A stretch of DNA of 64,000 nt from Bacteroidia bacterium (GCA_025454875.1 JALONP010000009.1:65696-129695), one strand, 5' to 3'. Counted from the stretch's first letter, positions 1 to 9,484 are shown. Program-made: numbers and translations. The notes: generated by a model not told the origin, from the letters alone.

Positions 1-1538
1 GCTGTTGATTGCATCAGTCCGTTCCAGAACCAAGTAAGGTCTTTTCCCGTATATTCATTCACATGGTTAATTAAATCTCCTGGAAGCGGATGTTTAAATT
101 TCCATTTTTCGTAATAGGACCGCATCATCGAATCGAAAACGGTATCGCCCAAGTAACGTTGGAGGTAATGAAAATTGGTTGACGCTTTGCCATAAATAAT
201 GGCGCCATAATTATAATCAGTATACACTTCCGAACGAAGAAAAGCACCTTGGTCTTCATTTTTACGTGCACCAATTAAATACCGTTGTTCCAAGCCAGCG
301 TAACCCTCACTTCCAAAATTACCCAAGGAAGAAAGACTAAGGGATTGTTTGGGTTTGTAGTTTTCGGTTTCAGCGCTTCTAGTTTCATAATAGTTATTAA
401 TGCTCTCGTCCATCCAAGGATGCAATCGCTCATTGGTTGCCAAAATTCCATATAACCAATTATGCCCAACCTCATGTACAATTACCTGCCTGCCGCTTTC
501 CGTAATATTGGTTACCATAGGGTATTCCATACCAGCCCCAGAAATGAGTGGCGTAACGCAAACAGAAGCATCTGTATATGGATATTCACCTAACATGGTT
601 GAGTAATACAAAACCGCTGTGTCAATCCATTTAACGCTTGACGTTCGAGGAGCAATTTCATACATCCATGTGGTTACTTTTTTTCCTGATGGCAGTTGCA
701 CTTCACTGCGCTCAACAGAAAAGCGCTTGTCGGCAAACCAAGCGAAGTCATGAATGCTGTCTTGAATATATGTTAAGGTTTTAAAATGATCTGACGAAAT
801 TGGATTTTCCTTTTGTTTGCTTGCCGATTCATCAAATCGTTTAGCGCTGCGGTCCCATAGCCATTTGCGTTCGTCTTCATTTTGCAAACGCCCAGTTGCG
901 GCCACAACATAGTTTTGTGGAAGGGTTAGATTCACGGTAAAGGAACCAAACTCGCTGTAAAATTCTCCTTGGTCAAGATAAGGCATCGGATTCCATCCAT
1001 TGGCATCATATACTGCTGGTTTAGGGTACCACTGGGTGATGCAATAAAGCTGTCCTTCATGACCCATTCTTGAAACAACCTTTGGAATAAAAACACGAAA
1101 TGGGGTTTCAATTCGGATAGAATCTCCAGGTAATAATTTTGATGATAACCGAATTTTTGCTACATCAATATGCTCTGTCAATTTCCAATCAACAACATTC
1201 TTGTTAACCGTAAATGAAAGGGAATCTATTTTTCCTCTGTCTGATTCCGGGAGTTCATAAAATGTGGTTGTTCCGTTTTCAAGTTGTTGTTTTGCAAATG
1301 CTGTTTGGTTGTTTTGATAAGCGTTCGGCCATAAATGCATGTATATTTCTGAGAGGGTATCTAGCGATTGGTTGTGGTATACAATTGCAATATGTCCACG
1401 TAACACATGCGCAATATCATCAAGGGTTACATCGATGGTGTAGTTAACACGTTGTTGCCAATTTGCTTGTTGAGCATGCTGCGATTGGGCAACCCATTGT
1501 ATTGCCATTAAAAAAAATACCAAGAGTGTTTTTTTCAT
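1..1538 (-). CDS. Secreted M1-family zinc metallopeptidase (aminopeptidase N-like). The C-terminus runs off the window edge.
   Basis: ATG at 1536-1538 on the minus strand. Signal-peptide-like N-terminus MKKTLLVFFLMAIQWVAQS. A GAMEN-like GAGMEY motif is followed by HEVGH-x18-E (HEVGHNWLYGILATNERLHPWMDE), the gluzincin/M1 signature. The frame stays open to position 1. Confidence 0.65.
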   Translation of the reverse strand, partial: MKKTLLVFFLMAIQWVAQSQHAQQANWQQRVNYTIDVTLDDIAHVLRGHIAIVYHNQSLDTLSEIYMHLWPNAYQNNQTAFAKQQLENGTTTFYELPESDRGKIDSLSFTVNKNVVDWKLTEHIDVAKIRLSSKLLPGDSIRIETPFRVFIPKVVSRMGHEGQLYCITQWYPKPAVYDANGWNPMPYLDQGEFYSEFGSFTVNLTLPQNYVVAATGRLQNEDERKWLWDRSAKRFDESASKQKENPISSDHFKTLTYIQDSIHDFAWFADKRFSVERSEVQLPSGKKVTTWMYEIAPRTSSVKWIDTAVLYYSTMLGEYPYTDASVCVTPLISGAGMEYPMVTNITESGRQVIVHEVGHNWLYGILATNERLHPWMDESINNYYETRSAETENYKPKQSLSLSSLGNFGSEGYAGLEQRYLIGARKNEDQGAFLRSEVYTDYNYGAIIYGKASTNFHYLQRYLGDTVFDSMMRSYYEKWKFKHPLPGDLINHVNEYTGKDLTWFWNGLMQST

Positions 1539-1563
1539 GGGGTATAATATACATTATTCAGTT

Positions 1564-4551
1564 CTATCTTCTGCGCTCCGACCTTTTGCGCGGTGGATTC
1601 GCGTTTTGATTTGATGGAGGCGTTGTTGGGTTTGCAGGAGGTGCAACTTGTGGCTCTGGCTGTGCAAATACTTTGCGCACTACTTTTCGTTTTTTCTCTA
1701 AAATTAAAAATGAAATCACCAATCCATCAGATGCTTTGGTTAGTTCTACTTCATAATTGTTTTTAGCCAATTGGTATTTTGTTCCCAAAACCGACTCGTC
1801 TAAGGTTAAAATGTATTTACCGTAAGGCAAGTACGTTTCAAAATTCCCATTAAAATCGGTTAAGGTGGTAAATGTTTTGTTACCTACTGCTGTAATTTTA
1901 ATTCGTGACAAATCGAATGGTTCCGTTGCATCTGCATTAATGGCATCTCGATCAATATTCACTTTTCCTTTGATTCGAACGCCCCGCACAAAAGGAATAG
2001 CAATGCTACTGTGTTTAACAATTGGAATTGAATCTTCAATATTGGGGTACCAACCACTTGCTTCTTCAAGCGGAAATGCAGCAATATTTAATTTTTGCAA
2101 AGGCACATTGCGCATTCGAGCGGTTCCTTCTTCGTTGGTAATAAGCTCTTCATCGCCCAATCGGATAACCACATTTTCAATTACTCGTTCATTCTGGTCT
2201 TTTTTACTGTTGCCATTTGCATCAAAAAACACCACAAAATCTACATCACCATATTTCACCTTTTTAAACGGTACAGGCACTAAAAACTCTTTTCGAATTC
2301 CAGCCGATACAAATGTACTTTGTTGCACAACCCTTTCAGGCTCTTCGGCAGCTGCTTGTTGGTTGTAAATGTTTTGAAGTGCTTGAGATGAAATCATGTT
2401 TAGGTTTACTCCTAAACGGAACCGCCACCCATCGGTTGTAAAATAATACAGGTCTGGGAAAATGCTTGCACTGTGTTGTTTGAATGCACTGTTGTAAAAA
2501 TAGTTTACACCTGTTTGCAACATGATTTTGGTATTTTTAAAAACATATTGATGTTGTGCACTTGTGGTGAGCAATTGTTGGCGGCTCGCAATACCTACTG
2601 CTGTTGGTGGAACATAACCATAGGTGCCCACCACATACCTAAAGTTGGCGGTAAGTGTTCTGTAAAACAATAGCGCATTTACCTGCATAAATGTGCTGGT
2701 TGCGTTGGTTGGTGCACGCTTAGGAATATTTACCCCAGTTTCGAATGTGGAAGCAAATCGGGTGCCTGTTTTGGGATTAAAACTGTTGAAGTTAATGCCC
2801 ACTCCAGTCATATCGTAGTCGAATACCGCTAACCTAAAATGGTTGTAGAAATAGAGGGGTTGAATGTTTTTTGTTTTAAAAGAGCGGTTAATCGCAAATT
2901 GATTTGTGAACGAAACGATTTCGTTTTTGATGAGAAAATGGGTTGCAGTTCGGTTAAAATTATTCACAAATGTGGCGCTCCATTTTTCATTTAATATGGC
3001 ACGAACCCTATGGGTGTAGAAAAAACGTTCGATGTTCGAATTTGCAAAAGATGGATTGTTAAAGCCAACCCCATGGTTAATGTTTAAATTACCTTTTAAG
3101 AAATTGCCATTGTAATTGGCTGTAGCAAAATAGCCATGTCGTGCAGTTTGTGGCAGTGGTGAATTGGTGAAGGTAGTGAATGTGTTTGCTAAACTTAAGT
3201 TGAGCGTTTGTGTTTTAAAAATCGATACACCTACTCTGCCATTCAACGCATTAGTTTTGGTTCCTAAAATGAAGTTGGTTGATTGCGCAGCTTCCAGTCT
3301 TGCTTTGTTTTGTTTGTAGTATTTTACATCATACGCCAATCCGTGCGATTGTAAAATAGTGCGGTTAAATCGGTCTTCTTTGGTAATGTAATAACCTGTA
3401 ACGGCATGTTTGTTTTGCTTATCAATATTGTAGGTCGAACGGACACCGCGTCCAAAACTTTGAATGCCCATGAATCCACCGTTAATATACCCAACTTGAA
3501 TATTCCCTCGTTTGTAAAAGTAGCCAAGATAATAGTTGTTGTTTTCCAAAAACTCTTGGTAGTTACCTCCGGTAGCAGTGGCTTGTAAATTGTATACCAA
3601 TTGTTCTGATGGCGTAAGTTGCGTTACACCCCGCACGTTGAGCGTTGAAATGGCTACATCGTTTAACAAATTATTTACGTTGTAGTCTACAATAAATGGC
3701 ATTCGCGAATAGTTGCTCGTATTTGCAATTTTATTGTCTGAAAGCTTTTTAAACTGATACCGTTGCCCTGCCTGAAATGCACCTTGGCCGTTAAATTGAG
3801 GTTCTTCAGAATTGATGATTACGTTAAAAACCCGCTCTTCGCTTAAGTTATCTGGTCGGTACGTTTCCAAGTCAATTCGTTGTGTGTTGCGCGCCCCTTG
3901 TATATACCTAAAATGAAATGTGAACGATGTGTCTTCGTAGGGTTGTAGTGCTAAGTTAATGGGTTGTTTGAGTTTATTTTTACCCGAGCTATCGGCAGTA
4001 ATCTCCGAGTACAAACTCATGTTGTTTACAGTTAATATGATAGGCTGTTTCTCTGTACCAGTATTTACAATGTTCAAGTCAAAAGGCACGCTTGTTTGTC
4101 CATTTTTAAAATACACTTTATTGCCACTCTCATTGCTTAGTGTCCAACTGGTGCGTTTTACCGTAAATGCCCAAAAAAGGGAAGTAGCTAAGTTTCGGTC
4201 ATCCATTCCCATTAAATATGCTGTAACCATAAACCGGTTGTTTCCAGTTAAATTTCCAGATGGAATGAGCCTGATGGGTAAAAATAACGAATCGTTAGGG
4301 GCTATCGTGTATTGGTCTTTAAGTTGTGAAAGCAATCGCCAGCCGAAAGGGAAATCACTTTTAATGTAAAACTGAATAGGGGACGATGTTGGATTTTGAA
4401 TCCGCAATACGTTTGAAAGAATTTCGCCTTGGGTTATTTGTGTTTCATTGCCAACAAAGGACGCCTGAAGGGTAGCTTGCCCCGAGGCAAGGTGGGGTAA
4501 GAATTGAATGAGTAAGGATAAAACGAGGCAGTATGTACTTCTTAACATCAT
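1564..4551 (-). CDS. 995-aa outer-membrane beta-barrel protein, usher-like. It has a signal peptide, an N-terminal soluble region, a long amphipathic beta-strand-rich core, C-terminal Ig/CarbopepD_reg-like domains and a basic Pro-rich tail.
   Basis: Long ORF with an ATG start whose ATGA overlaps the stop of the upstream gene, indicating translational coupling. N-terminus MMLRSTYCLVLSLLIQFLPHLASGQ. Alternating hydrophobic/aromatic strands with Y/F/N-rich turns. C-terminal segment ...FNGNFETYLPYGKYILTL... looks like a beta-sandwich domain. Tail KKRKVVRKVFAQPEPQVAPPANPTTPPSNQNANPPRKRSERRR. No TonB box or plug motif was recognised. Confidence 0.45.
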   Translation of the reverse strand: MMLRSTYCLVLSLLIQFLPHLASGQATLQASFVGNETQITQGEILSNVLRIQNPTSSPIQFYIKSDFPFGWRLLSQLKDQYTIAPNDSLFLPIRLIPSGNLTGNNRFMVTAYLMGMDDRNLATSLFWAFTVKRTSWTLSNESGNKVYFKNGQTSVPFDLNIVNTGTEKQPIILTVNNMSLYSEITADSSGKNKLKQPINLALQPYEDTSFTFHFRYIQGARNTQRIDLETYRPDNLSEERVFNVIINSEEPQFNGQGAFQAGQRYQFKKLSDNKIANTSNYSRMPFIVDYNVNNLLNDVAISTLNVRGVTQLTPSEQLVYNLQATATGGNYQEFLENNNYYLGYFYKRGNIQVGYINGGFMGIQSFGRGVRSTYNIDKQNKHAVTGYYITKEDRFNRTILQSHGLAYDVKYYKQNKARLEAAQSTNFILGTKTNALNGRVGVSIFKTQTLNLSLANTFTTFTNSPLPQTARHGYFATANYNGNFLKGNLNINHGVGFNNPSFANSNIERFFYTHRVRAILNEKWSATFVNNFNRTATHFLIKNEIVSFTNQFAINRSFKTKNIQPLYFYNHFRLAVFDYDMTGVGINFNSFNPKTGTRFASTFETGVNIPKRAPTNATSTFMQVNALLFYRTLTANFRYVVGTYGYVPPTAVGIASRQQLLTTSAQHQYVFKNTKIMLQTGVNYFYNSAFKQHSASIFPDLYYFTTDGWRFRLGVNLNMISSQALQNIYNQQAAAEEPERVVQQSTFVSAGIRKEFLVPVPFKKVKYGDVDFVVFFDANGNSKKDQNERVIENVVIRLGDEELITNEEGTARMRNVPLQKLNIAAFPLEEASGWYPNIEDSIPIVKHSSIAIPFVRGVRIKGKVNIDRDAINADATEPFDLSRIKITAVGNKTFTTLTDFNGNFETYLPYGKYILTLDESVLGTKYQLAKNNYEVELTKASDGLVISFLILEKKRKVVRKVFAQPEPQVAPPANPTTPPSNQNANPPRKRSERRR

Positions 4552-5216
4552 AACACTTCGGTTAATACATACTTAAATCGCAGTTGGTAAATACCACTTT
4601 TTAAACCAATTCCAGGTACGATCCGATAGTCAATATCGAACGTATACTCATCATAGTGTGTGGTTGGATTTCCGGGTCCATTTACATTGGTTACACACGA
4701 GCCGGCTGGGATGGTTATTCCTGTATTGCTAATCACAACAATGGGAGTTGAAACCACTGGAGGGATGGTAAAAAATTGATTACCTTGTAAAGGTGTATTG
4801 CAACGGTTGCCTACACGCAATTGCACCAAATCAATGGTTGGAGTTGGTCCTGATACCGATTGCGAGTACAATGTTTCCCAATCTGTATTAGGTGTGGCGC
4901 CACTGCCATTTTCTACATAAATGACCAAGTTCCACCTGCAATCAGGATTGCTGTTAATGCTATTGTCAACAGTTACCCGCAGTTTTGTGGCCCCATTTTG
5001 GGTAATGCCACCAAGATATTTACTAAAGGTATCGTAAGTAAAATCAATGTTGGATTGGCCAACTAAGCCAATGCTAACCAAATCACATTGTTGAGCCGAC
5101 ACGTTTGCCAGTTGGATAAATCCAAGCAAGATGAGGCAAATGGCACGGCATGTTTGTTTCAAGTTGTGGGTAAGGCTAAAAAGAAGAAGGGCACTTGGCC
5201 CTTCTTCAAAAGTCAA
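4548..5216 (-). CDS. Secreted protein, paralog A of a tandem pair (candidate fibre subunit).
   Basis: Shares an N-terminal block (IDFTYDTFSKYLGGITQNGATKLRV) and a C-terminal block (YTFDIDYRIVPGIG...YQLRFKYVLTEVL) with the adjacent 271-aa ORF. Hydrophobic leader present. The listed start is TTG at 5216 and the true start is uncertain. Its stop overlaps the usher-like start (ATGA). Confidence 0.5.
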   Translation of the reverse strand: MTFEEGPSALLLFSLTHNLKQTCRAICLILLGFIQLANVSAQQCDLVSIGLVGQSNIDFTYDTFSKYLGGITQNGATKLRVTVDNSINSNPDCRWNLVIYVENGSGATPNTDWETLYSQSVSGPTPTIDLVQLRVGNRCNTPLQGNQFFTIPPVVSTPIVVISNTGITIPAGSCVTNVNGPGNPTTHYDEYTFDIDYRIVPGIGLKSGIYQLRFKYVLTEVL

Positions 5217-5217
5217 A

Positions 5218-6003
5218 CTATTGGTCTTCTAAGATCATGTATTGAACATACATGGTGTATACGCCTGGTTGAGCATATGATCCAGCTCCGTTAGCGGATA
5301 CCAAGTCTTCCGCTGTAGTGCCATCAGCAGCAAATGCCATTGGGAAAATAGATGGCAAGCCCGGTACAATACGGTAGTCGATTGAGTAGTAGTAATCGCT
5401 TGTAAGTGCACCAGCCGTTAAGTAGCTACCTCCAGCTACCCCATCAGCACCAGTTGCAGTTGTACCAGCATGGCCTGCAATGTACTTGTTAGCAGCAGAT
5501 GGCGGTGTACCTACGTTGGCAGGGTCAACATAAATGCTGTTTGAACCAGCAGGCGAAGCTACAGCAGGGAAAGCAGTACTGTAATCAGCAAATGCTCCAG
5601 TAGCAGCGGTTGCATTAGCATTTACTGTTGTTTGACGTAACTCAAGCAAACTTAAAGGCAAACGGTTGGTTGCTCCACCCGATCCACCTGTTCCGTAACG
5701 AATTTGCTGGTCCCAAAAGCCAGCACCTACGTTTCCGTTTGAGCGCGCAATTGCATACAAATCCCAATTTACCGTTGAACTCACTTTAAGAATGGTGGCG
5801 CCATACTTTGTGATACCACCATAATACTCGTTAATGTCGTCAAACGTAAAATCAATTTGATTTGGCGTTGACATGTTCAATTGTAAAATTGGCTGTAGGT
5901 CCATGGTAATGGTTACATCCTTTTCATCTTTGAGCTGGGCGAAAGCCGCAGTTGACGTGAGCATAGCTAATCCGGCTACGGTCAACAGTCTAGTTGTTCT
6001 CAT
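5218..6003 (-). CDS. Secreted protein, paralog B of the tandem pair (candidate fibre subunit), Gly/Ala/Thr-rich middle region.
   Basis: Signal peptide MRTTRLLTVAGLAMLTSTAAFAQ; the ORF is also open upstream to 6033. N-terminal IDFTFDDINEYYGGITKYGATILKV and C-terminal YYYSIDYRIVPGLP...VYTMYVQYMILEDQ blocks are homologous to paralog A. There is a 1-nt gap to the next gene. Confidence 0.5.
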   Translation of the reverse strand: MRTTRLLTVAGLAMLTSTAAFAQLKDEKDVTITMDLQPILQLNMSTPNQIDFTFDDINEYYGGITKYGATILKVSSTVNWDLYAIARSNGNVGAGFWDQQIRYGTGGSGGATNRLPLSLLELRQTTVNANATAATGAFADYSTAFPAVASPAGSNSIYVDPANVGTPPSAANKYIAGHAGTTATGADGVAGGSYLTAGALTSDYYYSIDYRIVPGLPSIFPMAFAADGTTAEDLVSANGAGSYAQPGVYTMYVQYMILEDQ

Positions 6004-6243
6004 GTTGTTTTGTGTTTGGTTTGACGGCACCAAAATACGAAACGTAATGAAAATTAAAATTGGGCAAGTTGCGAAATGGTGGTATAAATGGCTTTTTTGG
6101 GGTATAAATGTTAATAAGGCAAAAACATAATAATCTGAAAACCAGCAATATATTTTGCTAAATCCTTATTTTGCAGCCTATTAGAAGGAAAGGGGGTGTT
6201 AATTGTATACTGCATTGTACAAGTTTCACTATTTGCGCAGTGC

Positions 6244-7095
6244 TTATTCATTAACCGTAAACTCTAGTTCGGCTGCTTCTACCAACTCTTTGCTTCCATA
6301 ATCAAGTACACCAACTGCTGAGTATTTTCCTTTTTCTAATTTTTCGGGTAATGTAAACAGGTAATTGCGGCTGTAACCCGGTAAAATGGTGAATCGCTTT
6401 ACCATTAACTTTTGCTGCTTACCACTATTTAAATGGGTTAACTCTACGTAAGCAATACATGAAGCAATGCCATCACCCATATTCTTTAACGTAAGTTCTA
6501 AATTGCGCACCGTTGTGTTTTTTTGCAACGCAAAGTTTTGAATTTCAACTTTGTTGTTTGCTACTGAAGGAGGGTTTTGGTAAATGTATACCCCAAACCC
6601 AAAAGAAGGAATCACCCCAAGCGATATCTTTTTATCATCGCCATTTTCATCTAGGTTTTCCCGTTGTTTACGCTCTTCAATAAGCATGATAGCCCATGCG
6701 GCTCTGTTTGAAAAACCGGAGTCAGGAACAGAGAGTGTAACGATGACTTTTTGCACCTGACCTGGTTTAAGTTCAAAAAACGAAGGAGAGGCATTTAACC
6801 AATTGGTCATGCCATATTTAGAAGAACCCGCTTCCATAAATAATGTCTTACCTGCTTGGTTTACATCATAATCTTTTAACGATACATTAAATGATCTTGT
6901 GATACGTGTTTCATTGGTAACTTTTACTTCTACACTCTTGGTTTCGCCTGGCTTCAAGTTAAAATTGATATGCGATGGAGAAACTGCAACACCAATATCC
7001 TTGAGGGTGGTGTCCTTTTCGGCAGCATTGCTTTGCGCATAACCTTGTGCGCACCCAAACATAATTGCCAACAGTATACTTAGTTGTTTTTTCAT
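6244..7095 (-). CDS. Periplasmic two-Ig-like-domain protein, PapD-like pilus-assembly-chaperone candidate.
   Basis: Signal peptide MKKQLSILLAIMFGCAQGYAQ. Two similar beta-sandwich-like halves: LKPGETKSVEVKVTNETRITRSFNVSL and VRNLELTLKNMGDGIASCIAYVEL. The pattern x-P-x-x-F-x-x-G-x-K-x-x-V-x-V-N recalls the MSP/PapD N-terminal domain. It sits upstream of the subunit-like pair and the usher-like barrel. Confidence 0.4.
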   Translation of the reverse strand: MKKQLSILLAIMFGCAQGYAQSNAAEKDTTLKDIGVAVSPSHINFNLKPGETKSVEVKVTNETRITRSFNVSLKDYDVNQAGKTLFMEAGSSKYGMTNWLNASPSFFELKPGQVQKVIVTLSVPDSGFSNRAAWAIMLIEERKQRENLDENGDDKKISLGVIPSFGFGVYIYQNPPSVANNKVEIQNFALQKNTTVRNLELTLKNMGDGIASCIAYVELTHLNSGKQQKLMVKRFTILPGYSRNYLFTLPEKLEKGKYSAVGVLDYGSKELVEAAELEFTVNE

Positions 7096-7266
7096 ACAAA
7101 TAGCCATGTTGGCAATATTATCGTAATCATTGTATTCTGCAATAATTTGTTTTATACAGGTTGTTGGTTTTGCACGTAAGTAACAGCAAAGTGTTTATAA
7201 TATCTATGGCTGATCGTTACAAGCATCACAATTGATTGTATATTTGAAAGGGTAAAAGAATTGCAT

Positions 7267-8670
7267 ATGGATGCAGATGATTTTTTAGATGAAGAAACCA
7301 CTTCGGATGTGTTGCGTTACGAAAAAATGCTTCGAACAAAAGCACAAGAGTATTTTGATGCTGAAACCCTTGAAAATATAATCGAGTTTTATATCCGTAA
7401 AGAAAAGTTGAAGAAGGCATTGGAAGTTGTGTATTATGGTGAAGAACAATATCCATATTACACTGGGTTCAAAATGAAGAAGGCTGAAATTTTTATTATG
7501 ATGGGCAAGCATGATGATGCCATTTCCGAACTCGAACAGATTGAATTATATGAACCATTCAATGCAGAGCTTTTTTTATTAAAGGGCGAAGTATTTGTTC
7601 ATGCAGAGCAAATCGCTATCGCGGAAGAATACTTTCAAAAAGCATTAGGTTATTCAGATAATCAAATTGATGTTTTGTTTGAAATTGCATACGTATACCA
7701 AGATGCTGATTTCTACTTACAGGCGATAGTATACTTAGAGCGAATATTGGAGCAAGATCACCAGCATGAACAAGCGTTGTATGAGATTGCAAATTGTTAT
7801 GATCTTATCGGCCGGTTCGACAGGTGTGTAGATTATTACAACATGCTCATTGAGCAAGATCCTTTTTCAGCCAACGCTTGGTACAACCTTGGCGTAATTT
7901 ATACTAAAATGGGAGAGTTTAAATTGTCTGCCGAAGCACTTGATTATTGTTTGGCAATAGAGGAAGATTACACCCCAGCTAGGTTTAATAAAGCCAATGC
8001 GCTTGTAGAACTTGAGCAATATGAACAAGCAATTGAAGAGTATAAATTGGTTTTGCAAAAGGAAGGTGCCGACTCCATTACGTTATGCAATTTAGCTGGT
8101 TGTTACGAGCGACTGGATCAAAATGCACTTGCTCGCGAAACATACAAGAAGGCAACTGCAGTTAATCCAAATATTGGTGAGGCATGGTTTGGAATTGGGT
8201 TAACCTATGAAAAGGACCAAAACATGCATGATGCAATTGCTTATTTTAGAAGAGCCGCTTTGCTTGAGCCCGAAAACACAGAGTACTTGCTGGTTCTTGC
8301 CGAAGCAGAATACCGAATTGGAAACGAAAAGGAGGCACAGGAGATTTACAAAACCTTGCTCGACATAGACCCAACCATGATGGAAGCTTGGATGGATTGG
8401 TCATATATTATTTACATGCGGGGTGATGTTGATCTGGCAATAAACGTTTTAAAGGAGGCCATTAAGATTGATTCAGATTGTCATCCTTACCAATACCGGG
8501 TAGCCATCTATTTACTAGAAGCAGGACGCCAAACAGAAGCATTGTACTATTTAGAAAATGCACTCACACTTTGTTATGATGATCATTTTTTACTTTTTGA
8601 AATGGCTCCGCAACTTAAGCTCATTCCAGCTGTTACACAACTAATCGAACAATACAAGAAACCTTCATAG
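7267..8670 (+). CDS. Tetratricopeptide-repeat (TPR) protein.
   Basis: Repeated 34-aa TPR-like units (A/W/Y/L-rich helices such as AWYNLGVIYTKMGEFKLSAEALDYCLAIEED). ATG at 7267; the listed ORF start at 7261 is TTG. Confidence 0.75.
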   Translation: MDADDFLDEETTSDVLRYEKMLRTKAQEYFDAETLENIIEFYIRKEKLKKALEVVYYGEEQYPYYTGFKMKKAEIFIMMGKHDDAISELEQIELYEPFNAELFLLKGEVFVHAEQIAIAEEYFQKALGYSDNQIDVLFEIAYVYQDADFYLQAIVYLERILEQDHQHEQALYEIANCYDLIGRFDRCVDYYNMLIEQDPFSANAWYNLGVIYTKMGEFKLSAEALDYCLAIEEDYTPARFNKANALVELEQYEQAIEEYKLVLQKEGADSITLCNLAGCYERLDQNALARETYKKATAVNPNIGEAWFGIGLTYEKDQNMHDAIAYFRRAALLEPENTEYLLVLAEAEYRIGNEKEAQEIYKTLLDIDPTMMEAWMDWSYIIYMRGDVDLAINVLKEAIKIDSDCHPYQYRVAIYLLEAGRQTEALYYLENALTLCYDDHFLLFEMAPQLKLIPAVTQLIEQYKKPS

Positions 8671-8673
8671 AAC

Positions 8674-9465
8674 ATGAGTAATTTTAAATTGAAACATATT
8701 CCTTCACGCACTGCCAAGCCAAGGAATAGCGGCATCACCATGGTAATGGATAAAGGACTTAGCTTACGCGAAGCCGAAGATTTTATTGATGCAAATGGCG
8801 CATACGTAGATTTTGTTAAACTCGGATTTGGTACTTCTTATGTTACCAACAAGTTGCAAGAAAAAATTAACTTGTATAAGCAAGCTAATATTGGGGTATA
8901 TTTTGGAGGCACCTTGTTTGAAGCCTTTATTGTGCGCAACCAATATGACGATTTCTTAAAAACCCTAGACAAGTTCGGAATGGAGTATGCAGAAGTTTCA
9001 GATGGGAGTATTGAAATGCCACACGATATTAAACTTGAATACGTACATAAGTTAAGCAAACATTTCACGGTATTAAGTGAGGTAGGAAGCAAAGACGTTG
9101 AAAAAATTATTCCGCCTTACCAATGGATTGAGTTGATGAAAACAGAAATAAAGGCAGGCGCTTGGAAGGTAATTGCTGAAGCCCGCGAAGCAGGTAATGT
9201 AGGGGTTTTCCGCTCAAGTGGTGAAGTGCGCGAAGGATTGGTGCAAGAAATATTGACCAAGATTGATAGCGATCGCATCATTTGGGAAGCTCCTCAAAAG
9301 GCACAACAAACCTATTTTATTAAATTAGCTGGTAACAATGTAAACCTAGGCAATATCGCAACCAATGATGTAATACCGCTCGAAACACTTAGGCTAGGCT
9401 TGCGCAGCGACACCTTTCCGTTCTTTTTACCCAAAACAGCCAAGTATATTGGTAAGAAAAAATAG
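8674..9465 (+). CDS. (2R)-phospho-3-sulfolactate synthase (ComA) family protein.
   Basis: 263 aa. N-terminal ...KPRNSGITMVMDKGL... and the overall TIM-barrel-like pattern recalled from ComA/PF02679. Recognised by memory only. Confidence 0.5.
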   Translation: MSNFKLKHIPSRTAKPRNSGITMVMDKGLSLREAEDFIDANGAYVDFVKLGFGTSYVTNKLQEKINLYKQANIGVYFGGTLFEAFIVRNQYDDFLKTLDKFGMEYAEVSDGSIEMPHDIKLEYVHKLSKHFTVLSEVGSKDVEKIIPPYQWIELMKTEIKAGAWKVIAEAREAGNVGVFRSSGEVREGLVQEILTKIDSDRIIWEAPQKAQQTYFIKLAGNNVNLGNIATNDVIPLETLRLGLRSDTFPFFLPKTAKYIGKKK

Positions 9466-9484
9466 ATTTTGTTATTTTCGAGTT

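Noticed and set aside
1865-2368. 167-aa plus-strand ORF (and several similar 60-140-aa ORFs) lying antisense inside the 995-aa barrel gene. Similar antisense ORFs lie inside feoB (20489-21013), SusC (36918-37328), sprA (27668-28000 and others) and GH65 (51215-51574).
   Set aside because: They are fully embedded in long, well-supported genes on the opposite strand. They have low-complexity or biased composition and no motifs. These are typical shadow ORFs.
6034-6243. Direct repeat GGTATAAATG x2 in the 210-bp gap between the chaperone-like and subunit-like genes, considered as promoter elements.
   Set aside because: It does not match the Bacteroidota sigma-A -7 consensus (TAnnTTTG) in the transcribed orientation. 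It is left as an unexplained short repeat.
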